Virus record (IMG/VR): IMGVR_UViG_3300017903_002839
Location: 1-27,987 of that record
Strand: one strand, 5' to 3'
Length of the DNA: 27,987 nt
Source of the DNA: a virus
Lineage: Duplodnaviria; Caudoviricetes
The notes under the pieces were generated by a model. It made no database searches. It had not been told where the DNA came from and saw only the letters and a list, made by a program, of their open reading frames with translations. Made by a program: the position numbers and the translations under genes. Of the stretch, positions 1-8,080 are shown piece by piece (position 1 is the first letter of the stretch; each line of letters starts with the position of its first letter).

Positions 1-1
1 A

Positions 2-193
2 GTGATGAGTCAATTGTTAGAATCAGTTCAAACAAGCAAACTTCAGGCTTCATTCGACAAGTATCTACCTCACGTGATGGCTGACAAGGCTATGACTAAA
101 GAAAGTGCGAAAGTGCTTACTGAGTCAGGCGGCGACAGAGCACAAAGGGAAGATGCTGATATAACAAATATCCGTAAATTAGCGGGTATATAA
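2..193 (+). CDS. gp22: C-terminal part of prohead core scaffold protein (T4 gp22-like); 5' truncated by window edge
   Basis: Open frame from the window edge, directly upstream of the major capsid gene as in T4 gene order 22-23. Helical and charged, with LxE motifs (LLES, VLTES); ends IRKLAGI. Confidence 0.7.
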   Translation: MMSQLLESVQTSKLQASFDKYLPHVMADKAMTKESAKVLTESGGDRAQREDADITNIRKLAGI

Positions 194-219
194 CAACAAA
201 CTAAGGGGAAACGATACAA

Positions 220-1392
220 ATGTCAGATATATTTGAATCAAAATGGAGCGAAACTAAACAAGCTCTAACCGAAGGTTTAGCGGGTAACAAAAAGAAAACT
301 ATGGATGTTGTGTTGGAAAACACAAAGAGGTACTTAGCAGAGCAATCAACTGCTGGTGCCACATCTGCAGGTAACGTTGCAACGTTAAACAGGGTTATCC
401 TACCAGTAATCAGAAGGGTTATGCCAACTGTGATCGCTAACGAGATCGTAGGTGTACAACCAATGACTGGTCCTGTAGGACAAATCCACACATTAAGAAT
501 AAGATATGCAGACACAGTTGCGTCAAACACGACTGCAGGTGAAGAAGCATTATCTCCATTCAAAATCGCGAAAGCATATTCTGGTAACCAGAACAACACT
601 ACTCCAAAAGGTGCATCAACTGCCTCTTTAGAGGGTACACCTGGTAAGAGATTATCAATCCAGATCTTGAAACAACCAGTTGAAGCCAAATCAAGAAAAC
701 TATCAGCAAGATGGACTTTTGAAGCGGCTCAAGATGCTCAAGCACAGCAAGGTATCGATGTAGAAGCAGAAATCATGGCGGCATTAGCCCAAGAGATCAC
801 TGCTGAGATCGACCAAGAGATCATTGGATCATTAAGAACATTGGCAGGAACTGCTTCTGAGACTTTTGACCAAGCGGCTGTGTCAGGTACTGCAACATTC
901 GTTGGTGATGAACACGCGGCATTGGCTGTGTTAATCAACAGAGTTGCTAACCAAATCGCAACAAGAACAAGAAGAGGCGCTGGAAACTACGCTGTAGTAT
1001 CTCCAACTGCTTTAACTATTCTTCAATCAGCAACAACATCAGCATTTGCTAGATCAACTGAAGGTACATTCGAAGCACCTACTAACACAAAATTTGTTGG
1101 TACGTTAAACGGTGCAATGAGAGTATACGTAGACGCATACGCGGCTGACGGTACATCAGTACTTGTAGGTTACAAAGGTGCAAGTGAGGCAGACGCTCCA
1201 GCGTTCTATTGTCCTTACATTCCTTTAATGTCTTCAGGTGTTGTGTTAGATCCATCTACTTTCGAACCAGTAGTAGGCTTCTTAACTAGATACGGTTATG
1301 TAGAGTTAACAAACACTGCATCATCACTAGGTAACGCGGCTGACTACGTTGGATTAGTAGCGATCACATCTGGAAACTTAAAATTCAAGTAA
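220..1392 (+). CDS. gp23: Major capsid protein (T4 gp23 family)
   Basis: gp23 motifs: VIRRVMPTVIANEIVGVQPMTGPVGQIHTLR, VEAKSRKLSARWTFEAAQD, EITAEIDQEII, IATRTRRGAGN, FYCPYIPL, FEPVVGFLTRYG. SD AGGGG at about 204-208. Confidence 0.97.
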   Translation: MSDIFESKWSETKQALTEGLAGNKKKTMDVVLENTKRYLAEQSTAGATSAGNVATLNRVILPVIRRVMPTVIANEIVGVQPMTGPVGQIHTLRIRYADTVASNTTAGEEALSPFKIAKAYSGNQNNTTPKGASTASLEGTPGKRLSIQILKQPVEAKSRKLSARWTFEAAQDAQAQQGIDVEAEIMAALAQEITAEIDQEIIGSLRTLAGTASETFDQAAVSGTATFVGDEHAALAVLINRVANQIATRTRRGAGNYAVVSPTALTILQSATTSAFARSTEGTFEAPTNTKFVGTLNGAMRVYVDAYAADGTSVLVGYKGASEADAPAFYCPYIPLMSSGVVLDPSTFEPVVGFLTRYGYVELTNTASSLGNAADYVGLVAITSGNLKFK

Positions 1393-1417
1393 GCCAAGGC
1401 TTATTTTATTTTCAAAG

Positions 1418-1444
1418 AAAGGCGGCTTTATGTCGCCTTTTTTT
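1418..1444 (+). terminator. Intrinsic terminator after major capsid gene
   Basis: AAAGGCGGC-(tttat)-GTCGCCTTT stem followed by a T run. Confidence 0.88.
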
Positions 1445-1465
1445 GTGGCTGTAATATCTCAAATT

Positions 1466-1471
1466 TAAATA
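1466..1471 (+). promoter_or_regulatory. T4-type late promoter core (TAAATA), 4 nt before ATG
   Basis: TTTAAATA-cacc-ATG; matches the recurring TAAATA motif upstream of most genes here (T4 late consensus TATAAATA). Confidence 0.55.
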
Positions 1472-1475
1472 CACC

Positions 1476-2051
1476 ATGCATTATTGCTTCCATCATATTC
1501 CTAAAACAGGCGGAAGCTCGTTAAGGATAAGGCTTGAGGATCGTGCCGACAAGAAACAGATCAGCAAACTTGATTATGCAATAGGACATAACACCACTAT
1601 GCGGACGCCAGGCACACATTTTGTTTGGTTGCGTGATCCTTTACACAGAGACATATCCCAATTCAACTATGACCAAGGAAAAGGTGAGGCAGAGGCCAAG
1701 ACATTCGAAGAACATTGTAGAAGACTAGCAGGAAATTTCATGACACTTTGGCTATACAAAAATTATCTTCTCCGTGATCCCAACGATGACATAGAAAGAA
1801 AGTACGATGCGGTGCGACAAGCACTAAAAACAAAATTCAAAAAAGTTTTTTGCATTGAAAATTTTGAACAAAGTTGGAACACTGTGGCAGATATTCTTCG
1901 AATAGACAGAGAACCTCGGTTGAACACAAACAGAAGCAACGAGGACTACAAGAAATATGCAGACAAAAATAAATTGAATCAAAAATTTATTGAATGGCAT
2001 AAAAATTACAACCACTATGATTTTCGATTGTACAAAGAGTTTTGTGCATAG
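1476..2051 (+). CDS. Sulfotransferase-family protein (PAPS-binding motifs)
   Basis: 5'-phosphosulfate-binding loop HHIPKTGGSS and 3'-phosphate-binding motif WLRDPLHRDISQFNY; C-terminal N..D..LY typical of the family. Confidence 0.75.
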   Translation: MHYCFHHIPKTGGSSLRIRLEDRADKKQISKLDYAIGHNTTMRTPGTHFVWLRDPLHRDISQFNYDQGKGEAEAKTFEEHCRRLAGNFMTLWLYKNYLLRDPNDDIERKYDAVRQALKTKFKKVFCIENFEQSWNTVADILRIDREPRLNTNRSNEDYKKYADKNKLNQKFIEWHKNYNHYDFRLYKEFCA

Positions 2052-2122
2052 ATTTAAAATTTTTTTCCGGTTCATACCATTCACAGACCAAATGTAGTAG
2101 TTTTATCAGTGTGCAACACTTC

Positions 2123-2167
2123 TAAATAATTCGAAGGTTCATCAGAATCTTCTAACATCAAGGGAGG
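2123..2167 (+). promoter_or_regulatory. Late promoter TAAATA (2123-2128), 5' stem-loop (2133-2152) and SD (2161-2167)
   Basis: TAAATA, then an 8-bp hairpin GAAGGTTC-atca-GAATCTTC, then AGGGAGG 6 nt before the ATG at 2174. Confidence 0.6.
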
Positions 2168-2173
2168 TCCAAC

Positions 2174-2407
2174 ATGGATTATCTTAACAAAGTAAAAGGA
2201 TGGGCGAAAGGAATTGCTGACGTAGGAGTATCATTAATTGCGTTGGGAATTGTTTTAGAAATCCTTTTCAATGGTCAAGGTATTCCGTTCTGGCCAAACG
2301 TTTCTGTAATAGGAAACGTCCAGGGCGTACTGCAAGGCTTTTCTGATCAAGGTTTGATCGGATTAGTGGCAGTTTGGATTTTATATCATATCTACAACAG
2401 AAAATAA
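2174..2407 (+). CDS. Small (77 aa) membrane protein, two hydrophobic segments, function unknown
   Basis: Strong SD; hydrophobic VGVSLIALGIVLEILF and GLIGLVAVWILYHIY; basic C-terminus; flanked by its own promoter and terminator. Confidence 0.85.
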   Translation: MDYLNKVKGWAKGIADVGVSLIALGIVLEILFNGQGIPFWPNVSVIGNVQGVLQGFSDQGLIGLVAVWILYHIYNRK

Positions 2408-2437
2408 TATAAAAATCTAGAAATACGATAACCTCAT

Positions 2438-2478
2438 GAGTGGTGTGACTACCTAAGAATTTCACACCACTCTTTTTT
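2438..2478 (+). terminator. Intrinsic terminator
   Basis: Perfect 11-bp stem GAGTGGTGTGA / TCACACCACTC, 13-nt loop, then TTTTTT. Confidence 0.85.
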
Positions 2479-2507
2479 ACTAGCAGTTTATATCTCTAAA
2501 ATTTTGG

Positions 2508-2513
2508 TAAATA
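2508..2513 (+). promoter_or_regulatory. Late promoter core TAAATA driving structured leader
   Basis: GGTAAATA about 5 nt before the first base of the predicted RNA structure. Confidence 0.6.
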
Positions 2514-2518
2514 CACAC

Positions 2519-2607
2519 AGTTCAAACGTGCTTTGACATCAAGTCAAAGACTTATGCGGATAACCACCGCGTAGCCAGGAGAACTGGCATTGGACTCCTA
2601 TAAGGAG
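2519..2607 (+). ncRNA. Structured cis-regulatory 5' leader (four-way junction plus SD-sequestering hairpin)
   Basis: P1 AGTTCAA(2519-25)/TTGGACT(2590-96); P2 CTTTGAC/GTCAAAG; P3 TATGCGG/CCGCGTA; P4 GCCAG/CTGGC; alternative CTCCT-ata-AGGAG hairpin over the SD. Confidence 0.65.
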
Positions 2608-2614
2608 AAAAAAA

Positions 2615-3049
2615 ATGGGAAGACCTATAAGAAAAGACAGAATGGTTAGCGGATCAAATGACTTCGGTGGAGACAACGAAGGAAAGATCGCAGTAACGGC
2701 TTACAGAACATTTGGTGGATCTAAAGTTGATTCTACTACAGCATATATCGTAGCACAGAGATCATCTAAAACTTTTAAAGTTCACTTAGACGATTCTACT
2801 GAAGTTCTAATGCAATTGAAAGCAGTTGCTCCAGGCTCTCTTGCCAACGACAACAGCACAGGACTCGGTGAGTTCACAGTGCAAGGTATCTTAGACGACT
2901 CAACTGTTGTTTACATCAGTAAGTTCCACAACAACACTGTACAATACGTCACAGCGGCTAGTGCCACTGGCAGTGCACCATATGTGAGAAATGCTGAAGG
3001 TACTGACGAAGGACAAGTCGCTGGTAAAGTTAACATCAACGTCTTGTAA
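2615..3049 (+). CDS. Putative virion structural protein (144 aa; possible head decoration)
   Basis: SD AGGAG; beta-rich, small-residue composition; codon usage like the capsid gene; located between capsid and fibre genes. Function is inferred. Confidence 0.7.
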   Translation: MGRPIRKDRMVSGSNDFGGDNEGKIAVTAYRTFGGSKVDSTTAYIVAQRSSKTFKVHLDDSTEVLMQLKAVAPGSLANDNSTGLGEFTVQGILDDSTVVYISKFHNNTVQYVTAASATGSAPYVRNAEGTDEGQVAGKVNINVL

Positions 3050-3070
3050 TAATACAAACACGTGCATTTT

Positions 3071-3096
3071 GGGGGAGTTACACGCTCCCCCATTTT
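3071..3096 (+). terminator. Intrinsic terminator
   Basis: GGGGGAG-ttacacg-CTCCCCC followed by ATTTT. Confidence 0.7.
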
Positions 3097-3099
3097 CTA

Positions 3100-3107
3100 T
3101 ATAAATA
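3100..3107 (+). promoter_or_regulatory. T4 late promoter TATAAATA
   Basis: Exact T4 late consensus, 6 nt before ATG 3114; no SD in between. Confidence 0.75.
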
Positions 3108-3113
3108 CTGCAA

Positions 3114-3887
3114 ATGTCGAAAACAATAAGAACATCAAACAATTTAACGATAGACGCCGCGGGTGATGTCATCATTGATGCTGACAACGCCGATATAAAA
3201 CTACAGGACGGCGGCACAGAATTTGGTAGAATCAGCAGGGTAACGTCAGACTTGGTCATCAAGTCAATGGGCACTAATAATGATATTCTGTTGAAAGGCC
3301 TAGATGGCTCTTCAACAATCACAGCACTTCAACTAGACATGAGTGAGAACGGAAATGCCATATTCAGTGGCAACGTAACCGCCACAGATGTCACTGCAAA
3401 CAGTTTGACAACCAACGTAATAAGTTCAAATGGTTCCAATGCCAACATCAGCATCCAACCAAGCGGTACTGGCTCTGTGGAGATAGGCGCACTAGACATC
3501 AAGGGCACTTCAATATCATCCGCTGATTCTAGTAGAGTAAACATAAATGAAGATGTTACTGTTACAGGCGTTTTGACTGCTTCAGGCACTATCCATGGCG
3601 TGCAAAACCTGACTGGCTCAGGTAGCACAGAAGTCATAAATTTGACTGACACGGTGACGTTGCTAACAACAACCGGAGCACAAAACTTTTCATTAGCAAA
3701 TGGCACAGAAGGACAGATAAAGATAATCTCAATGAAGGTCGACGGCGGCGATGCTACCGTGACTCCAGCAACCTTTGTCAATGGAACAAGTATAACATTC
3801 GACAGTGTCAATGACACAATGACACTGCTCTATCAATCCACTGGATGGATCGTTCTTGCACAACAAAACACAACTGTAAATGCATAG
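3114..3887 (+). CDS. Fibre/whisker-like virion structural protein
   Basis: T/S/G/D-rich beta-strand repeats; SNANISIQPSGTG module shared with neighbouring fibre genes. Confidence 0.7.
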   Translation: MSKTIRTSNNLTIDAAGDVIIDADNADIKLQDGGTEFGRISRVTSDLVIKSMGTNNDILLKGLDGSSTITALQLDMSENGNAIFSGNVTATDVTANSLTTNVISSNGSNANISIQPSGTGSVEIGALDIKGTSISSADSSRVNINEDVTVTGVLTASGTIHGVQNLTGSGSTEVINLTDTVTLLTTTGAQNFSLANGTEGQIKIISMKVDGGDATVTPATFVNGTSITFDSVNDTMTLLYQSTGWIVLAQQNTTVNA

Positions 3888-3896
3888 GGATAATGG

Positions 3897-4340
3897 ATGA
3901 GATATAAAGAGATAGACATCAACATCAAAGCCATCCCAGACAAAGAAGATGAAGCATTATTAAATCAACTCATGGGAGCCAAAGGTGTATCAGTAACAGA
4001 TGACAGCGGTGACACTGATAAACCAGCCGCGGACAACAGCGACAATCCAGGCAAGGTCGCATCAGATGACCCTACCACAGTTGCTTCAGTTTATCCATTG
4101 CAACAAGAATTAGAACTCAAGAAAAAAGAAGCCGGAAAAGATCTAGCACAGTTTGACCACATCAATCAAGATGCAGACGAATCAGAAACTGATCAAGAAG
4201 CAAGACAGGATCCACCACTTGTAGATGAGCCAGAACTTACAGGTGACAATCCAGGAGTGCCGGCTGAGATGAAGAACAAAGAACCCAAGACGGAAAGCGA
4301 ATTTATACAAAGACTAAAAACACTATCTGGCCAAAACTAA
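3897..4340 (+). CDS. Acidic low-complexity protein, putative internal head protein
   Basis: D/E/P-rich; PLQQELELKKKEAG helix; C-terminal IQRLKTLSG resembles the scaffold C-terminus. Confidence 0.6.
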   Translation: MRYKEIDINIKAIPDKEDEALLNQLMGAKGVSVTDDSGDTDKPAADNSDNPGKVASDDPTTVASVYPLQQELELKKKEAGKDLAQFDHINQDADESETDQEARQDPPLVDEPELTGDNPGVPAEMKNKEPKTESEFIQRLKTLSGQN

Positions 4341-4349
4341 GGAGCGTAC

Positions 4350-5363
4350 ATGGCATTTAGGAAACTAGTAGGATCTTATAAAGATTACGATTTAGCAACA
4401 CACATCATTGAAGATGGATATCTAGCAGTAGACGTAGACACAGGCAGTCTAAGGATAGGAGATGGAGTGACTCCTGGCGGAACCGAGGTATCGGCCGGAG
4501 GTGGAGGCTCATCAAGTAGCCTTGGTGATTTGTCTGCAACAGGATCAACACTTTCGGCGCCTTCAAATGCAAACCTTACATTAACAACATCTGGGACCGG
4601 CAGTGTGGTTATAAATGACACATTCCAAATAGGTTCAGGAGCAGGTGTCACAACCATACTAGATGAAGATAATATGAGTTCAAATAGTGCGACTGCACTA
4701 GCCACCCAACAGTCAATAAAAGCGTACATCGATAGTGAAATATCAGGAGTTGGTGGAGGTGGTAGCACAGGTGATATTTCATTTGTTGGTTCAACAATAG
4801 CATCACCAAGTAACGCAGATCTTACTTTGACATCAAGCGGCGGGAATGTCGTCATCGAAGGCATAAGGGTGGCAGGTACCACTATATCAACGGAAGATTC
4901 AAGTGCAGGAGTGCAAATATCAGGTAACCTTATTCCAAGTCAAAATGGCGTGTTTCAATTAGGTAGTTCCACACGTAGATGGCAGACTGCATTTTTATCT
5001 GCAGAAACTTTAGATATAGGTGGAGCAACTATTTCTTCGGATGGAACAGGCACAATTGAAATTGCGGCAACCGGTGCTACACTACCAACAGGTAGTAAAG
5101 TGGCAACAAACCCAATATCTATACTTGGCGCAACAGGTAGGACAGCCGTAAGACCAGTTCAAAATGTCAAAGTTTTTGTGAGTGATGGTAGTACTTCGTT
5201 CACCGACGCACAACTTTTGGCCAAAGATGGAGATCTAAGCCTTGAATTTAACGCAACAGTAGAGACTATACCTGTATACACAGAGGCAGGACAATCATTT
5301 ACACTTTCAAACGGCACTGCATTAAGTGATCAGGTCACTGATGTGACCCTATTCCAATTTTAA
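4350..5363 (+). CDS. Fibre-like virion structural protein
   Basis: SD AGGAG; N-terminal G.L..D..TG.LRIGDGVTPGG fibre-anchor-like motif; LDED...ATQQSIKAY and P.....F.LGSST.RW modules typical of phage fibres. Confidence 0.75.
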   Translation: MAFRKLVGSYKDYDLATHIIEDGYLAVDVDTGSLRIGDGVTPGGTEVSAGGGGSSSSLGDLSATGSTLSAPSNANLTLTTSGTGSVVINDTFQIGSGAGVTTILDEDNMSSNSATALATQQSIKAYIDSEISGVGGGGSTGDISFVGSTIASPSNADLTLTSSGGNVVIEGIRVAGTTISTEDSSAGVQISGNLIPSQNGVFQLGSSTRRWQTAFLSAETLDIGGATISSDGTGTIEIAATGATLPTGSKVATNPISILGATGRTAVRPVQNVKVFVSDGSTSFTDAQLLAKDGDLSLEFNATVETIPVYTEAGQSFTLSNGTALSDQVTDVTLFQF

Positions 5364-5373
5364 AAAACCACAA

Positions 5374-5428
5374 TAAATACACTTGTTGATAGGATATCCA
5401 TCCGGTGAGGACAAGAAGGCCGGGGACA
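5374..5428 (+). promoter_or_regulatory. Late promoter TAAATA (5374-5379) and GC-rich leader hairpin
   Basis: AATAAATA, then TCC-at-CCGGT / GCCGG-GGA stem with purine-rich loop GAGGACAAGAAG upstream of ATG 5442. Confidence 0.5.
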
Positions 5429-5441
5429 GTACGAGAACATT

Positions 5442-8021
5442 ATGGCAGATAAAACACCGGTACGAGTAGTCTTTAACAGTTCAAATGTAGCCACTGGAAT
5501 GGCAGAGTTCCAAACAGGTGAAACTGTACCAATAGCAAACGGTGGAACGGGTCTAAGTTCAATTGGTTCTGCAGGACAAGTTCTCAGAACAAATGCGGCA
5601 GGTAATGCCCTAGAGTTCGCAACGCTAGAAGATCTAGCAGATATTGTATCAATTGGATCAACACTTACAGCGCCGTCTAACGCGGATTTTAACATAACCA
5701 CGGCAGGCACTGGTAACATAGTTTTAAATGATTTAAGCATAAGCGATAACACAATTTCGACCAATAGATCCAACGATGATCTTCACATCGACGCAAGTGG
5801 CACAGGAACAGTCGTCCTCGAGAACCTTAAAATAGGCACTAGTGGATCTACAGTAACAACGATACTAGATGAGGACAACATGTCCACTAACAGTGCCACA
5901 GCACTTGCGACCCAACAGTCAATAAAGGCCTACGTAGATTCAGAAGTTGGTTCGGTGAGCACAACCGCTATCAGCCAACTCGACAGTAATGTTACAGTGG
6001 CAGATGCAGGTTCAGGTACAATCACAGTCACGGTTGATGGATCTACCATTGGAACTTTTAACGCATCAGGTTTACAATTAGGAGGCTCGGGTGCAAGAGT
6101 AACAACTGTCTTAGACGAAGACGGATTCGACTCAAACAGTGATACATCATTAGCAACACAGCAGAGTATCAAAGCATATGTTGATGCACAAATCACAGCA
6201 GAAGATCTTGATGTTACGGCAGATGATTCGACTGCAATAGCAATTGACCTAGATTCGGAAGTTTTACATTTTGCCGGAGGAAACGGAATAAGCACATCCG
6301 TAAGTGGTAACACAGTGACCACGGCCATAGACTCCGGCACAGTTGTAACTTTAACAGATTCGCAGACATTAACAAACAAGGTTTTAACCAATCCAACAAT
6401 TAATGCATTTAGTGGCACAGGAAACGGAAGTATTACAGGAACATTGAGCCTAGTCACAACCACCACAGATGATTCGTTTTTAATCACAACCACTGAAGAC
6501 TCAAACAGTGCCGCACCTGTTATCACATTAAAAAGGAATAGTTCGAGTCCTGCTGATTCTGACTACCTGGGTAGGATTAAATTCAAAGGCGAGAACGATG
6601 CCGACCAAGAAGTCCAATATGGCACAATATCTGGAAAAATCCTAGATGCCTCAGACGGCACAGAAGACGGTGCGATAGAATTTAACGTTAAGAAGGCAGG
6701 ATCCAACAATATCGCAATGAGGCTTAATAGTGACGAACTAAAATTGTTGAATGGCACAGGCATTGATGTTGATGGCACCTCGGTTTTAGACGGCGTTACG
6801 ATCACAGACAACACAGTATCAACAAATGAATCAAATTCACCTTTAGAACTTAAAGCAAACGGAACAGGAGCGGTAAAAGTTGTATCCGGTGGCGTCACAT
6901 TTACACTACCCACTACTGATGGCAGTGATGGTGATGTGCTTAAAACTGACGGTTCAGGAGCATTAAGTTTTGCTTCAAGCACGACAACCGCATCTGATGA
7001 TACAAGGGCAGTGGTTAAAAATAACAAATCAGTGGGTACTTCTGCGAGAACTATCGATTACTTCCAGGCCACAAGTGCTGACGTGGCTTTTTATTTTGTT
7101 GCATTAAGTGATTTGACCAATGACCATTCTAGTGCGTCAATATTCACTGTGGCACACAACAACTCAGATGCATTCGTAGGTGCACCAAGGGGTGGTGCAT
7201 CAGGCACTGCCAATACACTACCAAGCACAGAAGCCGACATATCAAGTGCCCAAGTGAGGGTAAAAGTAACGGCACCAAGTGCAGATTCTAAATTAAGTTA
7301 TTACAAGATCCCATTATCAACAGCAAACACATCTGACGCTACATCAGGTGTGACTGTCACCACTTCAAACACTGATGTTGACTCCGCTTCGGAAAGCATA
7401 GACACATTTGCCCATGCATCATTCAGAGCGGCAAAATATTTCATATTGGTGGACAATGACAGTAAAACAGAAACAGGTGTTGTAGAAGCGTTGGTTGTAC
7501 ACAATGGATCAGATGCATTTATTACACAGTATGGTAACGTCAACTCAGGTAACCAAGATAAGATTGTTTTATCAGCGGCCATAAGCGGAAGCAACGTTGT
7601 GGTTTCAGCGTCAGGTAACGAACCAAACTTATCACTAAAGATACATAAAACTTTACTGTCAGACTCTATGACAGCGACATCAAACGCAAATCAAAAAATA
7701 ATAGGAGCAACCACTGTCAGTTCAAGTGCCACAGCATTCGATGACTTCGACTTGGATGACGCCACAGCCGCAGTTTATTATATTGTTGGAGGAAATTCCA
7801 GTGAAGGAACATTCAGTGTGCAAGAGGTTTATTGTGCAGGTGCTCCAGGAGAGGCATCCGTATCACAAGGTCCTTTCGTGTCAACAAAGGCGAGTACACA
7901 ACTAAACTTTACAGCGGCGTTCAAGTCAGATGCTGACAATAGTTTAGAATTGAGCGTGTCTTCTACATCGGGCGGCTCAACCACTGTGAATGCATACAGA
8001 ATAAACTGTCTAGCAGAATAA
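5442..8021 (+). CDS. Long tail-fibre-like structural protein (859 aa)
   Basis: PIANGGTG motif, two LDED...ATQQSIKAYVD modules, TLPTTDGSDGDVLKTDGSGALSF fibre motif, and three C-terminal repeats of a D.F.......A.Y domain. Confidence 0.8.
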   Translation: MADKTPVRVVFNSSNVATGMAEFQTGETVPIANGGTGLSSIGSAGQVLRTNAAGNALEFATLEDLADIVSIGSTLTAPSNADFNITTAGTGNIVLNDLSISDNTISTNRSNDDLHIDASGTGTVVLENLKIGTSGSTVTTILDEDNMSTNSATALATQQSIKAYVDSEVGSVSTTAISQLDSNVTVADAGSGTITVTVDGSTIGTFNASGLQLGGSGARVTTVLDEDGFDSNSDTSLATQQSIKAYVDAQITAEDLDVTADDSTAIAIDLDSEVLHFAGGNGISTSVSGNTVTTAIDSGTVVTLTDSQTLTNKVLTNPTINAFSGTGNGSITGTLSLVTTTTDDSFLITTTEDSNSAAPVITLKRNSSSPADSDYLGRIKFKGENDADQEVQYGTISGKILDASDGTEDGAIEFNVKKAGSNNIAMRLNSDELKLLNGTGIDVDGTSVLDGVTITDNTVSTNESNSPLELKANGTGAVKVVSGGVTFTLPTTDGSDGDVLKTDGSGALSFASSTTTASDDTRAVVKNNKSVGTSARTIDYFQATSADVAFYFVALSDLTNDHSSASIFTVAHNNSDAFVGAPRGGASGTANTLPSTEADISSAQVRVKVTAPSADSKLSYYKIPLSTANTSDATSGVTVTTSNTDVDSASESIDTFAHASFRAAKYFILVDNDSKTETGVVEALVVHNGSDAFITQYGNVNSGNQDKIVLSAAISGSNVVVSASGNEPNLSLKIHKTLLSDSMTATSNANQKIIGATTVSSSATAFDDFDLDDATAAVYYIVGGNSSEGTFSVQEVYCAGAPGEASVSQGPFVSTKASTQLNFTAAFKSDADNSLELSVSSTSGGSTTVNAYRINCLAE

Positions 8022-8036
8022 AAGCCTAAAACAGCA

Positions 8037-8042
8037 TAAATA
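8037..8042 (+). promoter_or_regulatory. Late promoter core TAAATA
   Basis: CATAAATA in the intergenic gap; SD GGGAG at about 8066-8070. Confidence 0.55.
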
Positions 8043-8080
8043 CAGCACAATAATAACAATCATGCGGGAGATATGGAACC

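Noticed and set aside
2519-2600. tRNA gene (78-nt cloverleaf)
   Set aside because: No TTC T-loop, no D-loop GG, wrong arm lengths and no CCA on either strand; kept as a cis-regulatory RNA candidate instead.
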